From: Paraspadella gotoi
Taxonomy: Eukaryota > Animalia > Chaetognatha
Length of the DNA: 64,000 nucleotides
NCBI GenBank assembly: GCA_051294375.1
Contig: CM119264.1
Location: forward strand, 30,467,047-30,531,046
Direction of reading: 5' to 3'
Each line of letters begins with the position of its first letter. Within the stretch, counting starts at the first letter, position 1. The notes below the pieces were generated by a model. That model saw nothing but the letters and a program-made list of their open reading frames with translations. It was not told where the DNA came from and did no database searches. This document shows positions 39,448-53,999 of this stretch, piece after piece. A program made the position numbers and the translations under genes.

Positions 39448-39514
39448 AACAAGAAGGTCACGCCCACTGTCGCCCCGTCGCCCAAAGTTCCTTTGATGCT
39501 ACAGATGATGATGG

Positions 39515-39557
<43 letters not shown>

Positions 39558-39833
39558 GATGAAGATGGTCGAAGATAGGACACAGTGACATTCTTAGCCA
39601 TGTACATGTTCGACACGCACTGATTCGGAATCTTGTCTTTTATTCTTTAAAGTTTTAGGATTTCCTGAAGGCGGCGCTAGCAGTCACTTAGATTTGAAGT
39701 TTTTTTCCTGTCTTAACAAATGAGGCGATTTTTGAGCATTTTTAACGTCAGTTGGACAGACCGACCGACCGACAGACAGAACGACCGAAAAGTGACTTGT
39801 AAAGTTGCTCCGCGACTACTCTCGGCGCAACTA
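39448..39833 (-). mobile_element. HINE-like family 2 copy, reverse orientation
   Basis: 39645-39833 is the reverse complement of the family-2 5' half (cgac tract, agttgctccgcgactactctcggcgcaacta); left end placed tentatively at aacaag. Confidence 0.65.
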
Positions 39834-40699
39834 ACAGTACCAAAAACGACGACAACAACAACAACAAATAAAACAAAAACAACGAAAACAACAACCACGC
39901 GAATAACTAAGACAAAAACGAACAACCACCTAAAACAACGAACAACAACGAACAACGAAAAAAGAAAAAAAAACTATTTTCTTCCTCTTTTTTTTTCTCA
40001 TTCCTTTTTCGTCCCCCCTCATTTTTTTCCCTTTATTTTCCTTTTCTTATTCGGCCCCCCCTCCTTTTTTTCCCCTTTCCTTTTTTTTGGGGCCCCAAAA
40101 AACAAAACTGGGATTTTTACGATCGACTCAACAAATTCGTTTCTCTTTTCCAACAAAAATTTTCGTCTCAAGAAGAAAAAGAAAAAAAAANNNNNNNNNN
40201 NNNNNNNNNNNNNNNNNNNNNNNNNNNNNNNNNNNNNNNNNNNNNNNNNNNNNNNNNNNNNNNNNNNNNNNNNNNNNNNNNNNNNNNNNNNNNNNNNNNN
40301 NNNNNNNNNNNNNNNNNNNNNNNNNNNNNNNNNNNNNNNNNNNNNNNNNNNNNNNNNNNNNNNNNNNNNNNNNNNNNNNNNNNNNNNNNNNNNNNNNNNN
40401 NNNNNNNNNNNNNNNNNNNNNNNNNNNNNNNNNNNNNNNNNNNNNNNNNNNNNNNNNNNNNNNNNNNNNNNNNNNNNNNNNNNNNNNNNNNNNNNNNNNN
40501 NNNNNNNNNNNNNNNNNNNNNNNNNNNNNNNNNNNNNNNNNNNNNNNNNNNNNNNNAGAAAGAGAGAGAGAGAGAGAGAATTATCAAATTTTTATGTTAA
40601 TTTGATCCCTTTTTTAGGTGATGACAAGACTGCACAAGTATGATACATATGCACATAAAAGGTCTTACAGACAGCATTAAAATATAACTGGGATACATC

Positions 40700-40782
40700 A
40701 ACGGGCTTGCCGACAGACCAACTGACTGACCGACCGAAAAATGGATTATAGAGTTGCACCGCGAGCCCTAGCGGCGCAATTA
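40700..40782 (-). mobile_element. HINE-like family 2 5'-end fragment
   Basis: gaccgaccgaaaa..ttatagagttgcaccgcgagccctagcggcgcaatta, i.e. hairpin plus microsatellite in reverse. Confidence 0.6.
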
Positions 40783-43123
40783 AAAAAGAGAAAGTAAAGT
40801 CTCCGGATATTTATGGGTGAAAGAATGTAACGTATTGCGAAAGAGAAAAAAAAACAAGAAGAGAGCAATTAGCGAAGTGGAAGGTAGCCAATGCTGGATG
40901 ATGAGAAAAAGAGAGCGAGCGAGAGAGNNNNNNNNNNNNNNNNNNNNNNNNNNNNNNNNNNNNNNNNNNNNNNNNNNNNNNNNNNNNNNNNNNNNNNNNN
41001 NNNNNNNNNNNNNNNNNNNNNNNNNNNNNNNNNNNNNNNNNNNNNNNNNNNNNNNNNNNNNNNNNNNNNNNNNNNNNNNNNNNNNNNNNNNNNNNNNNNN
41101 NNNNNNNNNNNNNNNNNNNNNACATCTTAACCTCTCGCTCTCTCTTTTTGTTTTGTTTCGGTCCATCGATCCTCTTTCCTTTTGTCTCTATCTCTCTCTT
41201 TTTGTATCTCTGTGTCTCTTCGCCCTCTCGTATTTTTCGTTCAGTCTCCTCCCTCTCTCAACATTTTCTCCCCTTCTCTCTGGTTAAAAGCCAACTGTCT
41301 TTCGAAAGCTCTCCACACGTACTTGGCTGCCGGCTTTCTCCTTTTATAAGTCTCTCTCATCCCCTCAAGCTAACTTTCTTTGTCTAATTCTCCTCTCTCT
41401 CTCTCTCTCCTCTCTCTCTCCTCCTCTCTCTCTCTCCTCTCCCTTCACCGATCTTCCCATTCCGCTCTCTCCACTCTCCCTCCCTCTCACCTCACCGCGT
41501 TCATCTCTCTTCATAGTCCCCCTTTCACTCCTCTCTCCTCTCTCTTCTCTCTCTCTTATTCTCTCTCCTCTTCAAGATGTCAACATATCGAAAGAGGCCA
41601 AGCATCGAGTAAAAGAAAAAGGATTTTATTTGCTCTACATAATAAGAAATCCGGGTTCTTCAGGTCGTCTTTGCGCAGGTTTAGCGTCGAGAAGCTCCGC
41701 GGTCGACCAAGCTCTCTGCGCAGGCGCGGTCCAATCTTTTCCGAGTCCTTCGAACGTAATCAAAGTGAGAATTTAGAAAAGCAATTGAGCACAAGAGAAA
41801 GAAACCGAAGTCTTCCGTTTTTGTTCTTCATTTTTTTTGTCGCACACCGCGAAACGCGAAATCTCATCAACTTTTTTTCCGCTTCTAACGGATGATCATG
41901 GGTTTTTTCCCGCAATATCCTACGCATGAGGATGAGTAAGTCCAGTCGAGCTCTTTACTCCAGTTCCCGGCTACTAAACAACAAACTCAGTAAAACGTCA
42001 ACCGCTTCTACCTTATCCTACCAGTTTAAACTCTGCCCCGAAGTACTATCCGATTAGACTTAAGTTATTACAATTCCCGCCCAACATATTTTCGCTTCTA
42101 CCATAAACTTTAAAGTTCCGCTTCTGCCAAAGATTTTTCCATCAACTCGATTTCAAACTGTCTCTCCTTCTCCTCCTCCTCCTCCTTCTCCTCCTCCTTC
42201 TCCTCCTTCTCCTCATTCAGTCTTTACCTCACATTTCCTGTCGCTTATTAGTTTTTTTAATCAATTTCATTATTTTTCAAGCATGTCCGTTGGTATGTCT
42301 GTCTGTTTGTCCGCTTCTCAGCCTATCTCTCAACCATGAATTTTTCTTATTTGAATAATTATTGTCAAGATTATTACTTCATTAACCCAATATCCTGACC
42401 TCTCTTCTTCTTTCTCTTCCTCTCTTTCTTCTTCGCCCCTCCCTCTCTCTCTCCCGTCCTCTTTCTCTGTCTATCCTTCTATCCCTTCTATCCCTTCTTT
42501 CCTATCTTCTCAACCTCTCTTTCTTCCTCTCATCGTCTCTTTCTTCCTCTCATCCTCACTTTCTTCCTCTCTTTCTTTTTTTCTTCCTCTTTTTCTTCCT
42601 CTCTTTCTCTTTTTCTTCCTCTCTTTCTCCTTCTTCCTCTCTTTCTTCTTCTCCCTTCCTTTCATCTCAGGTCGATTAGCCTTTGATCAATCTCGAAAAG
42701 AAATCCTTCGATATGGAATCTTTTTCTCCTCCTCCTCTTCCTCCTCCTCCTCCTCCTCCTCCTCCCGCCCTCGCTTCCTTTGTACGATCATCTCTGATCT
42801 TAAAGAAAAAGACGACGACGACGACGACGACGATTGCAGATCGGCAATCAGGACCAGCAGCTGAGGCGGCGGCGGCGGCTGCGGCTGCGGCGGCGGCGTC
42901 CCCTGCATCTTTTATTTCCGGTCAAAGAAGTCGCGCGATTCCATTGATGAAAAAAGAGACGACGACGATGAAGACGATGACGATGATGACGACGTAGATG
43001 ATGATGACGACGAGGACGACAACGACAATGACGACGATGCAGACGACGATGCAGACGACGACGAGCAATCAATTCTCGATGAACGATTTACTTCGAACGT
43101 TGAATTTCAAGTGGATCGTCATC

Positions 43124-43226
<103 letters not shown>

Positions 43227-44394
43227 TAATCAAAGATCTTCTGTTCTCATCGGAATTTCATCAGTCATCTTCTCCAATCAAAACCGAGAGACGCTTTTCT
43301 TACCGACACCAATTCTGCCTCACCTCTCCTTCTCCTCCACCACCTCCTCCTCCTCTTCCTCTTCCTCCTTTTCTTCCTCCTCCTCTTCAACAACATGGAT
43401 CCCATTTCAGCTGAGAAATTTCAATTATTAATTTCGTTCGCTTTTGACAACATTTACTAGAAATGCATTTTGTCCCTTCTCTGTTTCCCGCTCGCTCTCT
43501 CTCTTCCTCTGTGTCTCTCTCTTTCTTTCGTTCTTTCTGTCTCCCTCTCTCTCTCTTTCTCCCACGCTCTCTCTTCTACTCTCTCTTTCACTTTCTCTCC
43601 ATCTCCCTCTCCTCTCCTCTCCATCCCTTCTCTTTCCTCTTCTCTCTCTCCCTCCCCCACTCTCTCTCCCTCCCTCCTCTCCCTCCACCTTACCCGGCCC
43701 ATATAAGCGAGGCCCGGATGTTAGACTTCGGAATATCCACGGATGTAAGTATTTGACACGTGATCTTGACGGCGGGGCGCGCGCGGGCGAAGAGGACGGA
43801 GGCGGGACACGTCATTCTCGGTAGAGGCGTTAGCGTCAGGGTGACGTTTTTGGCGGAGGCGAGGGAGGCGAAGAAAGAGGCGGCGGGGAGAGAATATGAA
43901 ACAGATGTCATCTGAAGAAGATGGGGGTTGGAGATGGAATAACGATAAAGGATTTTAGATAATGTAGGTGAGTTAAAGATATTTAGCCGCGCGTCTCGCT
44001 TTCCCTATTTTTAAAAAAAGATTTTTTTTGGCGAGAGACAATTTGTTAGGGGAAAAACATCAGACGCTTCACTTCGCTGGCGAAAAAAATGAGAAAAACT
44101 TTTCAAACGGACTTTGATTTTTGTAATTGTTGTAATATTTGTAATTTTGTAATTTTTTAGTATTAAAATTTCGAATTTTTCAATTTGTAATTTTATATCG
44201 AGACAGAGAGAGAGAGAGAGGAGGAGAGAAGAGAGAGTACAGAGAGAGAAGAGAGACGAGAGAGAGATGAGTTGGATTTAATTGTTGAATTGGTATCAAC
44301 GGGAAACGGGCCTTTGGGCTTCACTAATTAGATTAAGAGAGAGAGAGAAGGAGAGAGAGTATTGAGGAGAGGAGAACGAGAAGAGAGAGATGAG

Positions 44395-44428
<34 letters not shown>

Positions 44429-46026
44429 CGCCAACATAACTAGATCACTTCCGTCTTAGTAATGAAAAGGCCGAGGAAATTGTTAAGCGAATCGAAATAT
44501 TGACTTAAATTTGAGAAAGTAAGTTAATTATGGTTTTGTTCCGGTTCCAGGCTTCTCGTCTTTTTGATTAATTCCATGTTATCTTTTTCCTATTAAATGC
44601 ATTATTAAATTCATGGCGTGTTGCGGTTTTTACAAAAAGATTGAAAGTAAAAATTAAAAATTTTAAAATAGTTCAACATTTTTCTTCTTTTTAAAAAAAA
44701 AATAGTTTCTACTCGAAAAACCAAATAAGAAAAAAAGTTAAAAAAATTAAAATTAGAAAATAAAAAAATCCAACGAAGCAAAAAACCTAAAAAACCGTAA
44801 ATGGAAGCAGAAGGTTTTTTTGAGTTGGGATCTGAGAAAAGAAATGGTGGTTAAAATGTGGTTAATGGGTGGTGAAAAGGTGGTTAAAAGGATGGTGTCG
44901 GTGTCGATGGTAGCGGTGAGATGGTGGTGACCCATTTTGGTGAAAGGTAGGGGTAGGGGTCTAGTTGAGAGAGAGAAAGTGAGAGCGAAGTTAATTCAAG
45001 TGAAAATTTTGACATTTCGATGAAGGGAATTTTAATTTTCAGTGATTAAAGTAAAATTAAAATTAAATGGAGGATTTTAATAAATTGAGTTAGACTCATT
45101 TGGAAGAAAGTGAATCGTCATTGCGTAAAGGCGAAAAACATTCCGCGCTGCCTGCCATCCTGCTAAGACGCACCTAGCAGCGCCGTCGTTTGCCGAGCAG
45201 CGCCGCCTTAACCTCCACGATTTAGCCCATTCCAAAGCAGCGCCGCATTTAACTCTGCAGCGCCGCCTATTTTTTCTTAGCGTCACCCGTAACCCCACGG
45301 TGCCGCCCGTTACCCTACAGTGCCGCCCTCGCCTTGTCACCGCCTTCTCGCTAAACCTCGCAACCCGAAAACCCGATTCTTATTATTAGAGCAATAAATC
45401 CTTTTCTTTTTACTCGATGCTGCCTCTATTCATCTTGCATCTTGGAGGACGAGACGAGATGACGCGAGGACGAGGAGGCGGCGACGGAGGAGGAGACTGG
45501 ACGAGGAGATGAGAGAGAGACGAGTGGAGAAGAGAGAGAGAGAGGCAGGAGAGACGAGAGAGAGAGAGAGAGAGAGAGGAGAGGGAAAAAAATAGAGGAA
45601 AGCCTAGGAACATCATTCAATTATCCTTTACATGAAAAATCATTCAGGAATGGAACAAAGTTCCGATGGAAAACGCGGAGGAGGTAATTAGTGACTTGTT
45701 GCTGGATTTTCTCAGGCTATACTGGATCTTATGCTGCCGTGTGGAGTACGTGGCGTGAGAGTAGAGGATGAGAGGAGAAGAAGAAGAGAGAGACAGAGAG
45801 AGAGAGAGAGATTCATCGGCGCGTGGAAAGATAACTGTGTTAAAGAATAAAAACGTGACTCGGATGAGTCCAGAAAACACTGTGGAACCGATTATGGCAT
45901 GAAAAAATGGAAGGAATCGAGGGAAAAAATGTGAACAAACAATTTTTGCTATTTTTCTCTCTTTTATCCCCCCTCTTCCTACTCCTTTCTCCTCTGCTCT
46001 CTTCTTACTTGCTTTCTCTCCTCTCT

Positions 46027-46069
<43 letters not shown>

Positions 46070-46145
46070 CGGGGCGTTCTCACTCTCAGTTGTACGACTT
46101 TACTGGTTTGCGCAGCTTTATTAAAGTGAGTCAAATTTATCGTAG

Positions 46146-46176
<31 letters not shown>

Positions 46177-46638
46177 CAGACGGAGAGAGAGAGAGACCAC
46201 AGAGAGAGAGAGAGAGGAGGCTTGACAGATTTTCAAGATTTGCAATTTTCAATTTCAGATTAAATTCGAATGATGAAATAAAGTTGAGTGAATTTTCTAT
46301 TAAACGGATTTTAAATTATATTTTTTTTATTTCGGTAAATAATAAGAATAGGATTTAAGTATATATTTTGCTTTGAAGCAAATGATATTAACATTTTTAG
46401 ATGATGCTTTCGATTTTAACTATTTAGATAAATTTAGTTAAGAACGAATTTAATTTTATGAATCTGAGAATATCTAATTACCATGGCAACCCTTTTTTTG
46501 TTTCAAGTTTCTTCCTTCCAACTTGAGAAAAAAAAAGAAAAAAGGAAATCGAAAACAAGTGAACAATTTGAGGTTCGAAAGGTCAAACTGACTGAAGATG
46601 ACAGCACCGACTAAAAAGAAAATGAAGGCGAATTTTTG

Positions 46639-46731
<93 letters not shown>

Positions 46732-47776
46732 GAGGGAGAGAGGGAGAGAGGGAGAGGGGGAGAGAGAGAGGATGCATTATAAAACGCATCATTCCTAGAC
46801 TAAGACCAACCTTGCAGTAGAGACTCATGCTAAAGACCCAACTCGTCATGGTTTCAGACCCACCTATATCTAAATGCGGACCCACCCTCTCATGATGCAG
46901 ACCTACCTTGTCGTGGTGCAGACCGGTTGCGGACCCGACGTCTTGCTTTCGTCTTTTGACGATGAAAGAAACGACGACACTTTTCCCGCCAAAAATCGGC
47001 GACTGAAAGATGGTGGCGTTGAAGCTGGGAAAGAGAAAGAAGGGGGACTTGTTAAAGATCGAGAAAGGGAATTGTGTTACGGGGTTGAGGGCAGTTGGAT
47101 ATTTATTCCTCTGAGGATTTATCCTAATTATTTTTGGTAATATTATTTTTTATAATTAAAACAATTATGTGTTAATTATCGAAATTTAAGTCACCTTTAA
47201 ACTTGCATCATCTACATCTCTCAATTACAAAGTAAATAATATTATTAAACAATAAATAAATAAATAAACCTAAATAATAAAAAAAGCTCCTAAACTGGTT
47301 ACATATACATTTATATACATTCATTTCAAGATCATTATCCTTAAATATTTATCGGCCTAAACCTCCTTAAATCGATTCTTATCTTCTTCAAATATTTAAC
47401 TCCCAACTTCTATTCAATCAACAGAAAATATATTTTTTTCTTTCTTTACTTTCAATTATAGATCGTCATTTATAATTTGTCACGCGGAATTCTCCCGCCA
47501 AAACAAAAGGGTCTGCCACGCCCACCCGCCCCCTTTCGCGCGAAAGTGTGGCGTCTTTCCTCGCGTCTGTGTTTCGTCTCCAGGCGAAACAGATTTTCGA
47601 TGTTTCGTTTTGCCTTGTTTTTTTGTTTCTTTCGCTCGAATCTTGGACGTCGAAGAGAGAAAAATCGTTAATCAAGAATACAAATAAATCTGTCCTTTGT
47701 GTGGTCTATCTGTCTTTCTGTCTTTTTTCTTTCTTTCTTTCTTTCTTTCTTTCTTTCNNNNNNNNNNNNNNNNNNN

Positions 47777-47807
<31 letters not shown>

Positions 47808-47877
47808 TTTATTTCATCCCCTTGACGTTTCTTTGTTTGCTCAAAATTTTTTTTTCTTTTTTGCCCTCTTCCCCACC

Positions 47878-47910
<33 letters not shown>

Positions 47911-48443
47911 TCTCTCCCAGCCCATTTCCCATACTAACTTCCATTAACCTTATCTAACTCCATATTTTCTATTTCCTCTCGATGTTTCAGCCTCTCCTTT
48001 CTATTTTCCTCCTTTCTTAGTCTTTCACCTTCTATTTTCCTAGATCTCTCATTCCTTTCTACTTTTCTCCCTCTTTTTCTTCCTACCTTCCAAGTTCTAA
48101 CATCTTAATTTCTATTTCCCTGAATGATTTTTTTTTTTGGATTAGAGGAGGGGGTCCTAAATCCAGACCAATCTGGAAGGTGGTGCCACAAAGTAGGACA
48201 ACCAAACTCATTCGGTTCTCAGAAAGTGGGCCATTTTGGATGACTTTAGCCAATGAAAAGAGTTAAGCCAATAAGAATGAGGGAATTAGAGAAATTAGGC
48301 CATTCCCTTGGAATTTAAGCCAATGCCGTAAAAAAAAACAAGCCGATGCGACCGTACTGAGGAATGAGGATATTCCGGGGTACGTTTCTGATGGACATGG
48401 CATGAAGGCAAGGTCGCATGGTCTTCGGTGATCTCCATGCCCA

Positions 48444-48487
<44 letters not shown>

Positions 48488-49902
48488 AACGAAACTTTCT
48501 CTTTCTCCTCCTCGTTTCTTTTCATCCCAGAGATGTGATATACCCGCGGAAGAGGGCGAAGGGCAGAAAAACCGGGTCGGTGCCCGACACGGCTCTCTCC
48601 GCCCCCCTACCATTCCCCACCTCCGCCTGATCGCGCAGGGTTTCAGGGACGAGAGACGCCTGAAAGAGGCGCTGGCCGCCGAGCAAGAGCCGCGACCGCG
48701 CCGGCACCCCGCGCGCCGCGGACACGCCGCGGACCGGCCGCGGACCGCGAGCCGCAGACCGCGCCCTCGCTTTTTTCTTGTTCTTTTTTTGTTTTCTGTC
48801 AGATGTGGACAATTTCGCCGGCGAATTTGCATTAATCTTGTTGGCGTCGGATGCGTGAGAAATGGTTCCATCCGAGATTGGACGGGTGGGTTGTGGGGAT
48901 TTTGGAAGAAAGTGATGGGGAGGGGGTGGAGATGGGTAGGTAAGGATAGAGGAGGGGATTGGATAGGGAAGGGGATTGGATAGGTGAGGGGATTGGATAG
49001 GGGAGGGAGATGGGTAGGTAAGGCAGTGTGGGAGGGTAGAGATGTCGGGATGACTCCGGGGATCTGAAATGTGCCTTCCCGTGGACTACTCTTTACAATA
49101 GAAATGAAAACAGACTTGCATCAGGTAGAACATGGTAGGCTTGCGGATGACAGGCGGAGAAAGGGAACATGGAAAAAACATAGGACCTGAGAGAATCGAA
49201 AGGAAGACGGCAGAAACCAGACGCTGACGGAGGTGGGCGTGGCTGGCCGCTTCCATCTTTCTTCTTTTTCCGTTTCTTCTTTTCTTTCTTTTCTTTTTGG
49301 AGATAAAAAAAAAGAAAGAAATGTGGAAGAATCACCATCGAGCGACTTCAAAACTGTGAAGAGACTTTTCACCGTGAAAAACCTGACCAATGTGAGGAAA
49401 GTGACGATTGCGACTAATGAGAAATTTGACCGCAAACACAAATTGTGAGGAAGAAACTTTGTTGCAAATTCGTCAGCCGTCTTTTCTCAATTTTATTATT
49501 AGTTTACAAATAAAACATTATTCGTTTATTACATTCCGCGTGTATATATTCGTTTATTATTCATATTTCTTATTTCCTCATCCAAAAGAGTACATAGATT
49601 TCATTGAAGATCCCGCTGGAAGTCAAGTGCTGACCTCACCAACCCAGAAACTAACTGTGTTGAGAGTAGGTTGGGAATTTCTACGGTGCCAGGGGTTTCT
49701 TCCTCGGCGTCGCTACGGTGCCGAGGACCGCATCGGTACTTCTAGTTTTCCGTCGGCGATGAAGAAGGAGCGAATAAAGTTTACGACCATAAAATGATTC
49801 GTCGTTTGTGTATAAAAGCCTAAACGAGGTGATTAAAAACATTGCGCGTGATGTCAACCCAGCGAGAGACAGAAAAATGGAATGGGAAGAAAAGGGGATT
49901 AG

Positions 49903-50019
<117 letters not shown>

Positions 50020-50377
50020 GAGAAACTTAATGCCACGACGAATGCTACGTCGAAAGCCACGGCAAATGTTACGGCGACTGCCACGGCAAATATCATTGTT
50101 GTTGTCACGGCTAATGTCACGGCGAATGTCACGTTCGCGCCTTTCGAAAAGGAAAAAAAAATGCCACGTCTGATCTTTCGCCCTTTCTGATGTTTATGAC
50201 GGGAAAATTGCCATCTCGGGTTCGCGGACGTGGGGGAGGGGGAGAAACTGACCACTAAACCATTACCACACCCCACCCCTTTTATGTGGTCACCCTGTAG
50301 CCCCCGTTTCCCTTTTTCGTTATGAAGCTTTATTAAAGGGATCAAGCTCGGAAATCTTGACAAAGAAGCCGAAGGAG

Positions 50378-50471
50378 CAATAAGGCCAAATCCAGGGATG
50401 TATATAACGCTCATGGGAAAAAAAATAAGGCCAAATCCAGGGATGTATATAACGCTCATGGGAAAAAAAAT
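50378..50471. repeat. ~47-bp exact tandem duplication
   Basis: aataaggccaaatccagggatgtatataacgctcatgggaaaaaaaa x2; also present, noisier, at ~63708-63800. Confidence 0.88.
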
Positions 50472-51093
50472 ATTATGACGGAGATAATGAGGAAAAAATC
50501 GTTGGGCAACGCGTGGGATAGATTTTGACCGTTTTCGGGGGATTGGCTCGCGGCGGAGAAAATGTTAAGTCGTATTAATAATACACTAATATTATAAAAC
50601 TAATGAGATTTATGTTTACAGCGAGGCGACTTACAGATGGAATTTTAGAAATAGTGATTTATTTTCCGTAACAAAATGATAGATTTATATTATATTAATT
50701 TCCTTTTTTAAGGTGAAAGTAATTGTTTGTGAATGCCTTAAATTTTTCACGAATTGGGCGATTTCTATTGGTCTTTGGTGATTCTATCCGTGAATTTCGA
50801 TTGTCAAAGCCTAACAAAATGTGGAATTGTCACGTGACTGATTAGGACTTAAAAACATGTCAAGAACTCCGCGGGCACGTGATTCAATAATCGGCTGTTC
50901 GACCCACTTCGCCTTCTTACTGCATCTCAAACTTACCCTTCTCATCAGGCCCTCACCTGTAAGTGACGTTGAATCCGTGATCAATTGCCTGTAGATTTTT
51001 CCCGAGAATCAGGCGATTGAAGTTGTTCCAAATCGTCGCTGACTCCGCTGAAAAAGAGTGAGAGAGAGAGAGAGAGAGATGAAATAATTGTAA

Positions 51094-51163
<70 letters not shown>

Positions 51164-52032
51164 CAGAGAGACAGAAATCAAAATTCATTTTCGTATCATT
51201 CAGTATTTCAGTTATTATGGGGCGAAGTGTGAAGAATGGCCAAGGCATGACTGGGGACGACGGAACTAGTGTCACACATATCGGAATGCAATGCAAGACA
51301 ATACAATACAGTACAATTTCGCGTCTCTTTCTACTCGCGAGAACCCAATCTAAGACCGTGACATTGCTGAGAGCCTTTCGTGTGTCACTGTGTGTAGCAA
51401 AGCGCGTGACAGGGCCGAATCACACATTTTCGCTCGAGTCTTAAGTTTTAACACCTCAAAGGATGACGTTTTTTGACTCGACTCCAACGCTCCCAGCGGG
51501 AAAAGTGAGAAAACTATCTCTTACTCTTTCTTCTTGTCTTTTGTTTTTGCTCGTGCGAATGAATATCAAATTTATTCGAATCTGAGAAAGTCAAATTGAG
51601 ATGATAACAGAACGCAACTCAATTCTTTAAAGTTGGACAAAAAGAATTGAAAAGTTTAGATATTTTGTTCAATAGTTTGTACAATTACTACCAATTTTAC
51701 TCTCAGTTGTAAACTTTTTAATGCGTGCGTTGTAACCTTTTTGCACAATTTTAAAATTTAAAAACTTTTTCAAACTAAATAAAAGCAAAACCACTATTTG
51801 TCTTAACTTACACTGTCATAATTAATTGCTGGGTTTTCCTACTCTCTTTCTCTCTCTCTTTCTGTCTCTGTCTTTTCCCCCATCCAATGCCTTCCAACGA
51901 CTTCCATTTTTTCCTCCGTTTTCCTCTTCCCTCGTTTCGCGTTGAATAATCGAGAGATGCCATAAAACAACCCTGCTGTTCTTTCTTCTTTTTAAGCTTG
52001 AGAGAGAGAGGAGAGCGAGAGCAGAGAGAGAG

Positions 52033-52063
<31 letters not shown>

Positions 52064-52831
52064 AAAGAGAGAAGGAGAAGCGAAACAGAGAGAGAGAGGA
52101 GAGAGAGACAGAAGAGAGAAGAGCAGGAGAGCAGAGAGAGAGATAAAATTTAAGATTTATGGAAAAGAGAAACGAGAGATTTAAAAAAAAATGTTTGACG
52201 TCGCTACTAAATTCCTTAATAAATGAAGAGCAGCTGGCGAGGAAGCAGTCACCTTCATCGGTGGGCAGAGTCGCATTGTTGAAGCCTTTTGAGGGTCGGT
52301 CTGTCTCTCTGGCAATTTATTGAGAAATATGTGGCTATATTTTTCAAAAGCGTCGCATTTGAATAAAATTAAGATTATAATTATAGCTCAAGTATGAAGG
52401 ACTAGACATGTAACGCTTTTTTTTTATCTAAATGAATATCTAAAAGATATACTACTTATTTTCATCAGCTTATTGCAGGATTATGAACCTTAGATATCAT
52501 TAAAAAGATATTCAAATAGTTTATAGTTTAATAACATGATATTAATCATTTTCCGCCCTGACGAGATGGAACGTCGCCAAGAGGATCTTCTTCTTCTACT
52601 TTAATCGCGCCGACGATAAAGAGGCCAAGTTTTAAGACTGAGCCTCTCTGCAGCGGCGGCGGCGGCGGCGGCGGCGGAGGAGGAGGAGGAGGAGGAGGAG
52701 GCAGCGTTAACATTTTCGGCGGGAATCGCGATGAAATATGAATTTGTGTTCGTCGCCTCCTGGCGGCGTCAACTTTAACGTCCCGATGGAGGCAGAGGAT
52801 AGCATGAAGAGGACGATTTGAAAATCACTTT

Positions 52832-52907
<76 letters not shown>

Positions 52908-52979
52908 CGTTTGAGTCGTATCTGTTGTTGTCGTTTATCCTCAACAACTCATTCTTCACAGTTTCTCATCACTCTCTCT

Positions 52980-53024
<45 letters not shown>

Positions 53025-53321
53025 CCTTCTAGCAATGTCCTCCGCATTTCCCTTCGCCATAATTTCTCTTCAGTTTTCGTTTCGCGTTTCGGTTCGACGC
53101 CCAACTTACGTCACGGAACGTCTAATTTCACGCCAGATCACGCCACAGCTGCGTCAGCGTGCCAGTTTCGAGGAGCGCTGAGATTGCGAAGTCACACGAT
53201 GTCCTGCGATGCCATTCAATGCATCAATAATATCGCAAGATTTTCAAAAATGTTGTACCGAGAATGCAACATGGGAGATTTCAATGGTTTTGTAGAGCGA
53301 ACGCTCTCTCTCTTCTTCTCT

Positions 53322-53368
<47 letters not shown>

Positions 53369-53955
53369 ACCCCTACCTCCTTAACCCTCCGCCCCCTCTT
53401 CTCCGCCCCCTTCTCCACCCCCCTCCCTGCCCCGACATCGCTCGAACATCATTAGACCAGAAAGACTTAATTGTTAACTTCGACTCGAGTTTCATTCGTC
53501 AAAGTCGCAAAAGGGAAAAAAAACTCCGATACGACCTCAAGACTCGGCCGCGGTATCAGGAGCGACGTCAGATGCAGCGGGAGAGAGGACAGCAGAGCAG
53601 CAGTGAGAGCAGCAGTGAGAAACATTAACGGGAGTAACTGTAGTGATGTCAGCTGCAGGAGCGGATGGATGGGTGAGTATTGTCAGGTGGGGAAAGGCGT
53701 GAAGAACTTTATCACGTAAAACAGGGCAGAGGCGAGACAATGTCGGATCTGCGGTAATAAACTAATCAGATAAGTCACGTTATTTTTTCACTTCACAGAT
53801 ACGAACAGATCATAACATAACAAATCATATAAGACTTCTTAATAAATCAATCAACCACTTGTTCTTCTCTTTCATTTTTTATCTTTTCTTTTCCTCTATT
53901 TTTTTCATTAATTTTTCCATTTCTTCCCTTTTTTCTTCAGATTCCATGACCGGGT

Positions 53956-53995
<40 letters not shown>

Positions 53996-53999
<4 letters not shown>

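Noticed and set aside
1701-41287. Long ORFs containing X runs or (ER)n/(SL)n tracts
   Set aside because: They span N-gaps or GA/TC microsatellites and are not genes.
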